From an uncultured bacterium (GTDB lineage Bacteria; Chloroflexota; UBA5177; JANWHV01): a DNA stretch of 35,722 nt. The stretch lies in the NCBI GenBank assembly GCA_963827235.1, contig CAWHAE010000003.1:1-35722 (forward strand), in the 5' to 3' direction. Below are positions 10,510 to 21,512 of the stretch, in pieces; position 1 is the first letter of the stretch, and every line of letters starts with the position of its first letter. A program made the translations under genes and the position numbers. The notes under the pieces are model-generated. The model saw nothing but the letters and a program-made list of their open reading frames with translations. It was not told the DNA's origin and did no database searches.

Positions 10510-11310
10510 ATGATCACCAGGCGGTTCGTCATGCTTGTGGTCCGGCTCGTGTGCCTCGTCGTCCTTCTTATCGTCCCGGCCGGCGTGGCACGGCCGGCAC
10601 CTACTCGCGCCATCAGCCAACAGCGCCCAGCCGGCAGGGCCGACGACTCGGAGGAGGTTGGTTTTCAGGTTAGCGCCTTCAGTGCATGGGCTGATGAGAC
10701 ATGGGGCTGGTCGGTGACCAATCAGTCCAACAACTCAGGGTGGATGAAAGTCAACGGGGGCGCTAGCTGGACTGCGATCATGCGGGTTCCACGGTCTCGC
10801 AAGCCGGTGCTCACGATTTTTCCGATGCCGAATGGTTACATTGTGAATTTGCCACTGATTCCGGTTGCGGGTAGGTACAAGGTCGACTGGGTTTCGAAGA
10901 CCGAACAACACCCGCCGACTTCCTGTCATGATGCCGGCCCGTGGCCCAGCGCAGGCTCGTCTCTGGCTCTCGGGTTCGATGCTGCACCGTCAAACCCGAG
11001 ACACCCGGATCTCATCCACGAGGCCATCACCATCACCTGGCCCGATCTCTCTGAGGTTAGTACCGGTCAAAAGTGCTCCCCCGAGGGTTTCAACGCGCCT
11101 GACACGTGGTTCAAGAAGGTCGAGATGGTGGCAGATCTGGAGAAGGGTGAGCAGGTTACCCTGCAGGCCAGTGGGCGGATTCCTGTACCTGTGACGAGCA
11201 CAGAGGACTGCTATGGGTGTATCGGCTTCAAGGGCGATGGCGACTACACGTGGCATGCGGAGATGACTCTCATCCGACTGGTGCACCTCGCCCCACTTGC
11301 CGGGCAGTGA
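10510..11310 (+). CDS. Hypothetical secreted protein
   Basis: AAAGGAG RBS; basic plus hydrophobic signal peptide; mature part rich in Trp and beta-strand-like segments. Confidence 0.65.
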   Translation: MITRRFVMLVVRLVCLVVLLIVPAGVARPAPTRAISQQRPAGRADDSEEVGFQVSAFSAWADETWGWSVTNQSNNSGWMKVNGGASWTAIMRVPRSRKPVLTIFPMPNGYIVNLPLIPVAGRYKVDWVSKTEQHPPTSCHDAGPWPSAGSSLALGFDAAPSNPRHPDLIHEAITITWPDLSEVSTGQKCSPEGFNAPDTWFKKVEMVADLEKGEQVTLQASGRIPVPVTSTEDCYGCIGFKGDGDYTWHAEMTLIRLVHLAPLAGQ

Positions 11311-11535
11311 GCACAGCAGCGTTGAAGGCGCGACGTTGAGTACAGCGCGTTCCGGCGCCGGAAGGAGGTGCAGCAGCCTCCGGGATCCGTGTCTCATGCA
11401 CATCGGAGAGGGTAGCGCACAGCGGGCATGGACAACAGCACGAGATTGCCCGAGGTCCGATTTTCGACACGTAACTGCACTTGAGTCGGTTGACTCATAG
11501 GCAACTTGTCTAGTGGGTCACGCAGAAGGGCAACC

Positions 11536-12513
11536 ATGAATACAGTGAAGACGACGTTGGCCCGACTTGCAGCGGTATGCGTAGCCGCCGCCTTACTTAT
11601 CCCCGTGGCCGGAACAACCTATGCTGAGGGGACTACTCTGGTTACCAAACTCACGACGGACCTCGTCGCGCGCACAAACGGGGGAAATGTAGCCTTTGCC
11701 ACCAGCGACACGTCTTTGGGGGAAGGTCTTCCCGCCGGTCAGCCTGGGTGGGCACCGACGGGCAGCCTTCAGTATGGGGCCATGAAGCTCATTGATGGCC
11801 ATGCCTCCACGGCAAGCACGGACTGTGACGGGGGCTGCGACTGGGCAGGCAACAATTTGTCGCCGACAACCCCAATCGACCTGGTCTTTACCTTCGCCAA
11901 GACAAGCCCGATGACCATCGATAGCGTTGTGCTGTGGCAATCTAACTACAGTGAAGCCTTCACGATTCACCAGTATGAGCTCTTGGTATCCACCAGCGCC
12001 CTGCAACTTGTGAAGCCTGCAGATTACCTCACGCTCAAGCCGACGTTTAAGTCGGTGGGGACCTATCTACTCACGCCGCAGGTCGGAACGGGACAGGCCG
12101 CCAAGTTCTCTCCAGTGGATGCGCGGTACGTGATGATCCGAGTGTTGAGCACCGTGAGCGGTTCGACTGTTGCCTATCTAGGGGAAGTGCAGGTCTTCGG
12201 GCCGGCTACTGCATCCGGAACGGCCACAGCCGTGCCGGCCACACCAGGCAGCGGTGCGCTCAGCCTCAAGTTCCTCTCTGCCACGGTCAGCGCCGGCAGC
12301 CAGCAGGTGGCTCAGATCGTCGCATCGAAGAACGCTCTGGTTGCCATCGTGATCGACTATCCAAACGGCACGCAGGACGTCAAGCAGCAAAAGGCCGGTG
12401 CCGACGGCCACCTCATCTACATGTGGAGCACTCCCAAAGGAATCAAGGGCCAGGTGTCCATGACGGTGGTCAGCATGGGAAAGACGGCGACCGGCACGTT
12501 TACCGTCAGTTAG
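11536..12513 (+). CDS. Secreted protein with discoidin/F5-8-type carbohydrate-binding-like domain and C-terminal Ig-like domain
   Basis: Signal peptide; KLIDG...W...DLVFTF...IDSVVLW...YELLVS...FSPVDARYVMIRV...LGEVQVFG fits the F5/8 type C pattern. Confidence 0.7.
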   Translation: MNTVKTTLARLAAVCVAAALLIPVAGTTYAEGTTLVTKLTTDLVARTNGGNVAFATSDTSLGEGLPAGQPGWAPTGSLQYGAMKLIDGHASTASTDCDGGCDWAGNNLSPTTPIDLVFTFAKTSPMTIDSVVLWQSNYSEAFTIHQYELLVSTSALQLVKPADYLTLKPTFKSVGTYLLTPQVGTGQAAKFSPVDARYVMIRVLSTVSGSTVAYLGEVQVFGPATASGTATAVPATPGSGALSLKFLSATVSAGSQQVAQIVASKNALVAIVIDYPNGTQDVKQQKAGADGHLIYMWSTPKGIKGQVSMTVVSMGKTATGTFTVS

Positions 12514-12810
12514 GGCAAGGCCCGTATGGCCAAGTTGCAGCATAGCCGTTCGGGCCCATCATCGGGGTAGTGATACACATCCCGGTACGGTCCGCGAGCC
12601 CCACGTGAGCGCCATAGCGTGCCCATACCCACGCTTGTGACATGCGCACCTCCGCGGGTCTGGCAGCACCGTGGTCAGGGAGTCGCACATGCAGCGCCCG
12701 TTGTGGCAGGGATTGTGCCACTGGTTCCGTCTGTCACGCAGGCGATCAGGCGCGGGTGAGTGATGCTCAAGACCTCATTTATGCTGTTCGAAGACCCCAG
12801 CGTCCACGTA

Positions 12811-13635
12811 CTACCGCCGTTTTGAGGGAACGAGCGGGGCGAGCAGCGCTTGCAAGTGTAGCGACCAAGTCGCGATGCGCACGTTGGTGCCTTTCTCTTT
12901 CCCACTCCCACCCAGTTCGACATGGGATATGTTCTTACCCGTGAGCGTGGCTATAGAGGCGGGCGCAGGATACTGGTGTTTGGCGTTCTTCATAAGCACG
13001 CCCGTCAGCATTTGCTGGTAGCCGCCGATCTTGGCACCAGGGAACGTCTCCGGCTTGGGGTTGCTGCCACGGCCCCCGCAAGGTGTGGGGTTCTGGTCTA
13101 TCTTCTGGCGGGTCGCGTTCTCCTCCGCTTCAGGAATGAGGAAGGAGATGACGTACTGGCCCGCACCGGCCATGGAAAAGTCAACCGAAACGACGCCACG
13201 GCTCTCTTTCGGCTGCGGAATGTCGTACGTCCAGATCTCGCCGAACACATGGGTCCAGGTGCGCCAGGATCCGTTGCACTGCACTTTCGACGTTGTGGTC
13301 ACGATGTCCTTGTACGTCATGTGCTCGGAGATGGTGAATGTCGCGCTGGCTTCGTCCTGGGTGCCTTCATACGCCATGCCGGTTACTCGAACAGTTATCT
13401 TCGTGCTGCCTTTCCAGGTGAACACCTCTCTTCCTTTTGCACCCAGTCCCGCTATGGTGACTGGGGACCCCGTCACCTCCGTTGTGTCGAGTGTAGTTGT
13501 GTCCTTAATGATTCCCTCCCAGTACCTGGCAAGCCCTTCGCCCGTGGCGGCGCGCGGCATTGTCGAGGCAAGCGAGAGCAGTAGCACCGCGGCTGCAAGA
13601 AGCCTCTTCCACCGGAGATGGGCCTCGTTTGGCAT
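12811..13635 (-). CDS. Hypothetical secreted protein
   Basis: Purine-rich RBS (AAGGGGAGGG); signal peptide RWKRLLAAAVLLLSLASTMPRAA; Thr-rich mature region. Confidence 0.65.
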   Translation of the reverse strand: MPNEAHLRWKRLLAAAVLLLSLASTMPRAATGEGLARYWEGIIKDTTTLDTTEVTGSPVTIAGLGAKGREVFTWKGSTKITVRVTGMAYEGTQDEASATFTISEHMTYKDIVTTTSKVQCNGSWRTWTHVFGEIWTYDIPQPKESRGVVSVDFSMAGAGQYVISFLIPEAEENATRQKIDQNPTPCGGRGSNPKPETFPGAKIGGYQQMLTGVLMKNAKHQYPAPASIATLTGKNISHVELGGSGKEKGTNVRIATWSLHLQALLAPLVPSKRR

Positions 13636-14425
13636 GGTAGCCCTCCCCTTGTTGAGTAGATGTTCAGCCCATCCCGGATGAGCCTGGCGGCTCTCGGTCC
13701 GAGCCGGGCTCACTGCGCGGGCCGTGCCGTGCCGGAGCACGGCAGTTGCGCTGTCTTTCCATGGCCACTCTACACCTTCTTGGCCGCGATGGCACACCGA
13801 AATAGCCGGACAAATCGGATAGCGTCGCAGATCGGCCACTCGCGCGCCTGATAATCCTCAGGGAGGGGATCGCGGCGGCTGCGGCGCATGCGCATCAACC
13901 TTTAACACTGGAGAGCTGGATTGAGGAAGAACCGGTAGGTATCTGGACGCCGTTTGCGCGGATTCAGGCGGCAGCCGAAGCCAGGAAACGGTCCAGGATG
14001 GTCAAAGCCCGACGCAGGTGCGCCGGTGAGCGGAGGCGCGCTCACCGACTACTATCGGGAGCGGGATATGTTCGAGTTACTTGGAGCCGCGCTGATCCTG
14101 GACGGCTCGCGGAAGCGTCAGAACTCACACCACGGCAAGCCAGCTCTCCAGGGCAACTCGGGCCAACGCACTCGCCGCGCATGAAGATGCAGTGCACCTA
14201 CCGGATAGGCTGATTGCGAACCCCGTCCAGTGCCGAAGGGCGTCTCCCTGGCCGGCAACGCCAATCGGGCGGTGAGCCAGGATCGAGACTCGGCCGGCTC
14301 CTTCCAACCTGTTCTGTGCTACACCGATAACGTGATCTGTGACACACGGGTTGCTGCCACGGCCTGTGACCATGGCTACGAGCAATGACATGCTTCCGAC
14401 TAATCAGAAACCGGCGTAGTCTGGG

Positions 14426-15076
14426 ATGTACCAGGTGACAACGATGGATGGCGATAGCTCCGAGGCCACCAGCCAGCCGACGTCCCTGTCGTCGCGCGCG
14501 GCACGATTCGAATCCGCCTATGCCGGCACACCGCCATGGGACATCGGTCGCCCTCAGCCCGCGTTCCAGCGGCTCGCAGAGCGCGGTGACTTCCATGGGC
14601 GGGTGCTGGACATCGGCTGCGGGACCGGTGAGCATGCGCTCTTGGCGGCCAGTTTGGGCCTAGTCGCAACCGGCATCGATGCGGCACCTACGCCGATCGA
14701 ACGGGCGCGCCGCAAGGCGAAGGAGCGACGTCTCGACGTTCGGTTTCTCCACTGGAACGCGCTAGCCCTGCCGCAACTCGGAGAGCAGTTCGACACGGTC
14801 CTGGACTGCGGACTCTTTCACGTGTTCGACGACGCCGAGCGCGCGTGCTACGTGGAAAGCCTCAGTGCGGCCGTGGTGCGGGGTGGCCGCTACTACATGC
14901 TGTGCTTCAGCGATCGGCAGCCCGGTGACTGGGGTCCGCGGCGGGTGAGGCAAGAGGAGATCCGGCAGAGCTTCGCCGACGGCTGGGAGGTGTTGTCGAT
15001 CGAGGAATCTCGGTTCAAGGATGTGGGTGGCAACGACCACGCGATCGGGTGGCTTGCCACGAGTGTCCGCACCTGA
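14426..15076 (+). CDS. Class I SAM-dependent methyltransferase
   Basis: PPWDIGRPQP, VLDIGCGTG (motif I), FDTVLDCGLFH. Confidence 0.9.
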   Translation: MYQVTTMDGDSSEATSQPTSLSSRAARFESAYAGTPPWDIGRPQPAFQRLAERGDFHGRVLDIGCGTGEHALLAASLGLVATGIDAAPTPIERARRKAKERRLDVRFLHWNALALPQLGEQFDTVLDCGLFHVFDDAERACYVESLSAAVVRGGRYYMLCFSDRQPGDWGPRRVRQEEIRQSFADGWEVLSIEESRFKDVGGNDHAIGWLATSVRT

Positions 15077-15271
15077 CCTCCGCGACTGACCAGGAGAAGC
15101 TTGCTCCAGGTGACCAACTGCGGGCTCATGGTGGCGTGCCCGCGGCGAGCTACGTCCGCTCGGCTGCCCAACGAATCGTTACATCGCGGGTCAGCCGGGT
15201 TGATGGGCGCCAAGTGTCACTCCTTCCAGAGGTTTCGGTGCATGGATTAGCGTCCTCGGGTCAGCGAGGGC

Positions 15272-15790
15272 GCCCTACAGTCACAGATCGGATTCTGCCG
15301 TGATGATGAGGCGGCGCCGAACCGGCGGAGCTTCCGGGCCGAGTGCGTCGACAATCTGTTGCCACAACCCCTGACGGCACCAGAGCCGGTAGCGAACGAA
15401 CGCCGTGTTGAACTTGCCGTAGCAGGCGGGCATCTCGCGCCAGGGCGCCGGTGTACGGAGCACCCAGAGCATGCCGGAGAGCACCGTGCGGTGGTCATGG
15501 TTCGGCCGGCCCGCCGGACGGGCGTTGGGACCGCAGGCGATGGCGCACGCGCTCCCACTCCGCAGCCGTCTAGGCGCCATGGGCCGCAGGCAGCACCGCG
15601 ACGGGCGGCGGTGCCGTCGCGTGCCGCTGCATCTGCCACACGATATGGCAACGTTACGCCACGGCCTGACGGGCACGCCGCCACCTCGACCAGCCCAGCC
15701 GGAAGGTTCGCTCCTCTGCCGGCGCCTCCAGCGTGAGGAGTAGGCGTCGCACCTCTGGCACCGAGGGCAGGCCGGGCGCCAGGCGGTGCT
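15272..15790 (-). mobile_element. IS remnant: IS701-like transposase C-terminus followed by an IS5-type N-terminal (DUF4096-like) domain
   Basis: Minus strand SVPEVRRLLL...GWSRWRRARQA (IS701-like C-terminus, followed by a stop), then GRPNHDHRTVLSGMLWVLRTPAPWREMPACYG...YRLWCRQGLW. No DDE core present. Confidence 0.65.
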
Positions 15791-15799
15791 ACAATAGCG

Positions 15800-16104
15800 G
15801 GGCCGGCTTTGACATCGTCAACCCCGTGCAGACGTCGCCGGCCGTAATGCACCCGGTGGCGCTCCAGCGCAGGTACGGCGATCGCCTGGTGTTCTGGGGC
15901 GGCGGGATCGACACGCGGCAGGTGCTGCCGGTCGACACGCCGGAGGAGGTGTGCGGGATGGTCCACGAGCGCAGCAAGACATTTGGGCCCGGAGGCGGCT
16001 ATATGTTCAGCGCCATCCACAACGTGCAGGCCAACATCCCGATCGAGAACCTGCTGGCGCTGTGTCTGGCCGTCGCCGCCTGTCGGGGCTTTGCGCTGCA
16101 GTGA
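15800..16104 (+). pseudogene. C-terminal remnant of a uroporphyrinogen decarboxylase-family paralog
   Basis: GFDIVNPVQTS...FWGGGIDTRQVLP..TPEEV...GPGGGYMFSAIHNVQANIPIENL parallels the C-terminus of 16203-17492; the 5' part is missing next to the IS remnant. Confidence 0.8.
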
Positions 16105-16202
16105 GCCGGAGTGCTTTCCCCTACCCATGCCGCCGCACGATCAGTGTCGACCGTCGTGCGAGCACGGCCGCACATGCGGCCCAGGCTTGAAAGGAGCAGC
16201 CG

Positions 16203-17492
16203 ATGATGACCTCGCTCGAGCGTGTCACGCTGGCTCTTGCGCACCGTGAAGCAGACAGAGTGCCGCTCGACCTGGGCGCCACGGGTGCAACCGGGATGCA
16301 CGTGGATTCGGTGTATGCGCTCCGGCAGGCGCTTCGCCTCGATCCCCCCGGCACACCGGTTCGCGTAGTCGACCCCCTCCAGATGCTCGGCGAAATCGCG
16401 CCCGACCTGCAGGATACCCTGGGCGTGGACGTGGTGCGCCTCTTCCCGCCGAGGACGAACCTGGGCTTCAAGAATGAGGACTGGAATCCGTGGACGACGT
16501 TTGCCGGGACGCCGGTGCTGGTTCCCGGCAAGTTCAACACTCTGCTCGAGGCGAACGGCGATCTCCTGCAGTACCCGCGCGGCGATCGGTCGGCGCCGGC
16601 CAGCGCGCGCATGCCCGCGGGTCAATGTTTCTTCGATGCCATCATCCGGCAGGAGCCGATCGACGAAGAGCGGTTGAACGTGGAAGACAATCTCGAGCAG
16701 TATCCTTCTATCTCCGACGAGGATCTGGCGTATATGGCCCGCGAGATTGAACGGCTCGCACCGAGCAGCAAGGCAGTTCTCTGCTACTTTCCATTCACTG
16801 CCCTTGGGCATGTGGGTGAGGTGCCGGGTGTCGACCTTCCCCGTCCGCGCGGGATCCGGGATATCGAAGAGTATTACGTCAGCCACCACACGCGGCGCGG
16901 CTATATCTATGACCTGTTTGACCGCCAGACCGACCGCGGCATCCAGAACCTGGCCAAGATCTCTGCCGTAGTCGGCGACAGGCTGACGGTCGCCCAGATC
17001 ACATGCACCGACCTTGGCGCGCAGAACGGGCCGTTCATCTCGCCAAAGGACTATCGCGACCTCTACAAACCCTTCTTCACACGCATGACACGGTGGATTC
17101 ACGAGCACACAGGGTGGAAGGTGCTCCTGCACTCCTGCGGATCGATCTGGCGGCTGATGGACGATATCGTCGATACCGGCTTCGACATCCTCAACCCGGT
17201 GCAGACATCGGCCGCGCACATGGACCCGTTGGCGCTGAAGCAAAAGTATGGCGATCGGATCACCTTCTGGGGCGGCGGCATCGATACCCAGCGCGTGCTG
17301 CCGTTCGGCACGCCGGAGGAGATACGCGCCATGGTGCGCGAACGCATGGGGATATTCGGGCCGGGCGGAGGACTCGTGTTCGCCACGATCCATAACGTGC
17401 AGGCACGGATCCCGGTAGAGAACCTCGTTGCCCTCTTTCAGGCGGTCCGCGAATACCGGGGCTACCCTGTGGGCACGGCCGGCACTGCCTGA
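16203..17492 (+). CDS. Uroporphyrinogen decarboxylase (URO-D)/MtaA-CmuA-like family protein
   Basis: AAGGAG RBS; MTSLERV..AL.HREADRVPLDLG, DLGAQNGPFISP, LHSCG, FWGGGIDTQ, HNVQ. Not canonical HemE. Confidence 0.85.
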   Translation: MMTSLERVTLALAHREADRVPLDLGATGATGMHVDSVYALRQALRLDPPGTPVRVVDPLQMLGEIAPDLQDTLGVDVVRLFPPRTNLGFKNEDWNPWTTFAGTPVLVPGKFNTLLEANGDLLQYPRGDRSAPASARMPAGQCFFDAIIRQEPIDEERLNVEDNLEQYPSISDEDLAYMAREIERLAPSSKAVLCYFPFTALGHVGEVPGVDLPRPRGIRDIEEYYVSHHTRRGYIYDLFDRQTDRGIQNLAKISAVVGDRLTVAQITCTDLGAQNGPFISPKDYRDLYKPFFTRMTRWIHEHTGWKVLLHSCGSIWRLMDDIVDTGFDILNPVQTSAAHMDPLALKQKYGDRITFWGGGIDTQRVLPFGTPEEIRAMVRERMGIFGPGGGLVFATIHNVQARIPVENLVALFQAVREYRGYPVGTAGTA

Positions 17493-17808
17493 TCGCTCGC
17501 GCTCGAGCCGGCTGCGCAGACAACTCGGCAACAGGTACGGTGCCGGGCAAGCCACAGGCACTGTTTGGTGACGGGCCAGCCGCCGCCAACAATGTGCGAG
17601 CTGGCCGTAGGGGTTTCTGTCGTTACGGCACCGGCGGTTTGGGCCTGCACGTGCGTGAGATCACCATCACCTGCGACTACTGTCGAGAGCGAGCCACAGT
17701 CGCCGCCGCGGCCAGGGGCCGGCTGCCCCTGGTCTGCAGCGCCGACTGCCGCACGCAGGCACGGCAGTTGCAGAGCCAGGCCGAACGACTCACCCCGGGA
17801 CTACTGTG

Positions 17809-19426
17809 CTAGGACGATGACGTCGCCGCCGTCGCTACAACCGTCACCGTGCCCTGCGAGAGAGTCACCGTGTCCGCCCCAATGTCCACGTAGCACACGA
17901 GAGTGATGTAGTGTGTCCCAGGGCCGACCGTTTCCAGCCAGGTGTTGCTGAGGTTGCTGCTATCAACGCCGAAGTAGATACCGCTGAGCATCGTGTCTAG
18001 CCTGGTTTCTGTGGGTTGCGACGTGCCGCCCGCAGATATGTCTTTCAGCATGCACACCACGGAGTCCCACTGCGGATTGCCGCTGGTGGGGGGCAGCGAA
18101 GCCGTCACCGAGGAGTGCGCCACGAGATTCGTCAAGGAAGCCGACGTAGTAACCACAGCCGAGACCAGGTTCGTAAAGCCAGAACTGATGGTGAGATAGG
18201 CGTTCGCACCCATGTACTGAACCGCGGAGGCCGACAGTCCCGCGTTGCCCTGCGCCGCGGTGGGTCCGGTGGCGCCGGTGTCGCCCTGCAGCCCCTGCGA
18301 TCCGGTAGGCCTGGTAACGCCGGTGGTCGCCCTGCGGCCCCTGGGACCCGGTAGGACCGGTAACGCCGGTGGTGCCCTGCGGCCCCTGGGACCCGGTCGG
18401 CCCAGTAGCGCCGGTGATGCCCTGCTGTCCCTGCGATCCGGTAGGTCCGGTAACGCCGGTGGTGCCCTGCGGACCTTGCGGTCCGGTGAGTCCGGTGGCT
18501 CCTGTCGCACCTGTCGCCCCGTCCGTGCCCTGCGATCCGGTAGCACCGGTGGCACCAGCAGCACCCGTCGCCTCTGCAACACCTTGCGTTCCCGTCACAC
18601 CGGTGGCGCCTGCGGAGCCGACGGCACCGCTGGGGCCTTGCGACCCGGCGGAACCCCGTGGGCCGGCCGGCCCTGTCGCGCCCTGCGTTCCTGCAGCACC
18701 GGTTGCTCCGGCGGCACCCTGTTGCCCGATTGCTCCGGGTGCTCCAGCATCACCTTTAGCGCCGGCCGAGCCGACCAGCCGGGCGCCTGTAGCAGGCCAT
18801 CCGCTCGTGGTCTTCGGCCCGTAGAGCACTTCCGATGCGGTATCCAGCCAGAAGTCGCCCGCCTTGCCGCCGTCGGCGGTCGGAGGCGTGCTGCCACTCA
18901 GAAGGCTGGCACCGGCCATGCCCGCCGTGCCGGCAGGACCGGTAGCCCCTCGCGGACCCGCCGGCCCCTCTGGGCCGCTGGCCCCCACATCGCCATGCCG
19001 CGCCAGCATGTTCCATGGGCTATTCCGCGCGATGGAAGGAGCGACGGCATGGCCGGCAGCGTTGATGGGCCGCCGCACGGCCAACCAGGACGAGCCGTCG
19101 TAGAAGACGGCATCGCCCTTGGCATAGGATTTGTGGGAGCTGAACGCGCCACGCCAGACCATCGCGGGTGCGCTCTTGGGCTGCGTGGTACCGGTGCCCA
19201 GCCGATTGCTCCAGCTTGTTTGGGCCGGCAGCACGGAGACTGTGTACCGGATCGCCGCGGCGGGTTGCCTGGCGCGGGAGGACTTGAGGATGCGCTGCAC
19301 TTCGGAGCGTGCGAGGACGCCGGATTGTCCCATCGCAGGCGCGGACCCACCTGGCGTGGCCTGCGCTGAGTGCGACACTGTGCTGCCTCCGAGCGAGAGC
19401 GCCAGCGGAAATGCCACGAGGCTCAT
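17809..19426 (-). CDS. Collagen-like (Gly-X-Y) surface protein, frameshifted near 18320
   Basis: Signal-like N-terminus; WRGAF...[14 protein letters not shown] module; [16 protein letters not shown] motif; long G-X-Y run continuing after a frameshift ([19 protein letters not shown]) into a beta-rich C-terminal domain ending at 17809. Start uncertain. Confidence 0.8.
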
Positions 19427-19497
19427 GACGGCTTGCCTGGCACTTCCTCGGCGCAACGGATCACGGCACCAAGTAGGCAGCGCGTGAGTGGCGCTTG

Positions 19498-20010
19498 TCA
19501 AAGTGTTGTGGGCGGACAACGCAGCCGAGCCATCAGGTACACGTCGACGTAGCTTCCCTGGCGCAGGGCATAGCGCCGCGCCGTGCCCTCAATCGTGAAC
19601 CCGAACTTCTCGTACAGGTGCACGGCAGGCGCATTGTCGGTGTATACGGACAACTCGATGCGCTCGAGCCCCAGCCAGCAGTCGGCAAGCTCCACGAGTG
19701 CGCTCATCAGCGCCGTGCCGACACCGCGCCCCTGAAAGTCATCGTGCACCCCCATGCCTATGCTGCCGCAGTGCCGGCGGCGGGCCGCGGTCTCCACGTG
19801 CAAGCCCAAGCTTCCGACCACGCGGCCGTCTACCTCCGCCACAAGGCTGTACGCATCCGGCTCGGTCTGGTGTGCCATGCGCTCCCTTCTGGCCTCAACC
19901 GACTGGTAGGGAAGCTGCAGGGTGCCGGCTATGACGCCGGGACACTTGAAGACGGCGGCGAGCGCCTCAGCATCGCTTGGCTCGCGGGCACGGATCACAA
20001 TCGCGGACAC
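19498..20010 (-). CDS. GNAT N-acetyltransferase (YhhY/AaaT-like)
   Basis: GGGGAGGT RBS with GTG start; [39 protein letters not shown]. Confidence 0.9.
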   Translation of the reverse strand: MSAIVIRAREPSDAEALAAVFKCPGVIAGTLQLPYQSVEARRERMAHQTEPDAYSLVAEVDGRVVGSLGLHVETAARRRHCGSIGMGVHDDFQGRGVGTALMSALVELADCWLGLERIELSVYTDNAPAVHLYEKFGFTIEGTARRYALRQGSYVDVYLMARLRCPPTTL

Positions 20011-20063
20011 ACGATACCTCCCCCGGACATAGGCGTAGGATAGCAGACGTTCGGCGCGACCGA

Positions 20064-21131
20064 TCAGGACGCGGCGTGCGGTAGGGCCGATCGTAGGAAG
20101 CTCAGCCAATTCGTGCTGAGCACGGCGTCACGGGCCGCTGCCGGGACCGCGGACCCGACCTGCCCCAGATCCGCTACCGTATCGATCTCGACGGGACTTT
20201 CCTCTCGGCCGAAGCCGCCGTCCAGGTCCGATCCGATACCAACGTGCTGCCATCCCACCAGACGAGCTACGTGGTGCGCATGCCGCGCCAGGTGTTCATG
20301 CAGGCTGACGGTGATGGAGCGGTCCGTGCGCCAGCGCGGTTCCAGGAAACCGTTATGCAGCACCAGTCCAATCACGCCGTTCCGTTCGGCGATCGCCCGG
20401 ATGATCGGGTCGCTCAAGTGCCGATCGGTGGGCGTCAAGGCTTGCGCATTCGCGTGGGTCGCACACACGCGGGGGCCCTGCAGGGCGAGCCCTTGCCAGA
20501 TGCCCACTTCGGTGAGATGCGACACATCCCAGATGAAGCCCAAGGCAGCCATCGCCTCGAGCAGGGTCACGCCGGCCGGCGTGAGTCCGCCCGTCCTGAA
20601 CGTCTCCCGGCCGCCCGCCACACCGCACCCATAGGCTGTATCGCCGTACGTCAGCCCGATCATCCGCAGCCCACGCTGCCACCAGCTCGGCAGGTCCCGG
20701 ATCTGCACGATCGGGTCGGCCCCTTCCATGAGCAGGACGAGGCCGGGCTTGCGATCCTGCCGCCAGCGCTCGAGGTGCAGCTCAAGTTCCGTGGCCGATT
20801 TGAGCAGCCGAACGCGCCCTTGCGCCTGCCACGTCTCGTACAGCGCGAGTTGGGTCAATGCATTCGCTTCGGCCTCCTCAGGCGTTCGATAGAGCGCGGC
20901 TTGCGGTTCAAAGTCCGCGCCGACGTCGGCTGCCAGGAACCCCGGCGTCAGCGTGGCCACTACGACGGCTATCCCGCCTCGCTGGAGATCCGGGAGCGAC
21001 ACCGTTGCCTGCCGCCTCGTGCGCCGTTCCCTCGCTCTGATCGTGGCTGCGCTCTCCGTGTAGTCACGACCGAACAGCGCTACATTCTCAGCCAGGTCGA
21101 GATGCGCGTCGACGATGGGTAGCATGATCAC
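20064..21131 (-). CDS. Membrane dipeptidase (peptidase M19 family)
   Basis: IVDAHLD, LLMEGAD, DVSHL, THANA, HVGIGSDLDGG. Confidence 0.9.
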   Translation of the reverse strand: MIMLPIVDAHLDLAENVALFGRDYTESAATIRARERRTRRQATVSLPDLQRGGIAVVVATLTPGFLAADVGADFEPQAALYRTPEEAEANALTQLALYETWQAQGRVRLLKSATELELHLERWRQDRKPGLVLLMEGADPIVQIRDLPSWWQRGLRMIGLTYGDTAYGCGVAGGRETFRTGGLTPAGVTLLEAMAALGFIWDVSHLTEVGIWQGLALQGPRVCATHANAQALTPTDRHLSDPIIRAIAERNGVIGLVLHNGFLEPRWRTDRSITVSLHEHLARHAHHVARLVGWQHVGIGSDLDGGFGREESPVEIDTVADLGQVGSAVPAAARDAVLSTNWLSFLRSALPHAAS

Positions 21132-21331
21132 GGCTGATCCTTTCGCACGGGTTCACGTATCGCCGGCACAGATGTAGCATACGAGCCTGCCCTCTCGCCA
21201 ATCGACCTCGTGCAGCCCTCATTCTCATCGCCATACCCATGCCAGGTGATCGCCGAGTCAACGAGCGGAACAGAGCTGGTTCTCGGAAGTCCACCATTCT
21301 GCGCGGTGGCTGCATTCCGCTGTGTCTGTGC

Positions 21332-21361
21332 TTGACAGCGTCCTCGGACAGCAGGTACATT
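21332..21361 (+). promoter_or_regulatory. Sigma70-type promoter upstream of the riboswitch
   Basis: TTGACA (21332-21337), 18-nt spacer, TACATT (21356-21361). Confidence 0.6.
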
Positions 21362-21380
21362 GCCGCCTGTTTCACATCCA

Positions 21381-21482
21381 CATCGGTGGTTGGTGGGAGA
21401 AGTCCGGTTCCATTCCGGCGCTGTCCCGCAACTGTACACCGGCCTTCCGCCGGCAAGCCAGGTCGCCCACAACTACCGGATG
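21381..21482 (+). promoter_or_regulatory. Cobalamin riboswitch (short variant)
   Basis: GGGAGAAGTCCGGTTCCATTCCGGCGCTGTCCCGCAACTGT...AAGCCAGG contains the conserved CCCGCAACTGT and B12-box elements; closing stem CATCGGTGGTTGGTGGG / CCCACAACTACCGGATG. Confidence 0.85.
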
Positions 21483-21512
21483 CCGTAGACCCTCGAAAGA
21501 AGGGGCAGGTAC

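Noticed and set aside
16203-17492. hemE assignment
   Set aside because: It lacks the HemE N-terminal PVWxMRQAGR motif and belongs to the broader URO-D/methyltransferase-like group.
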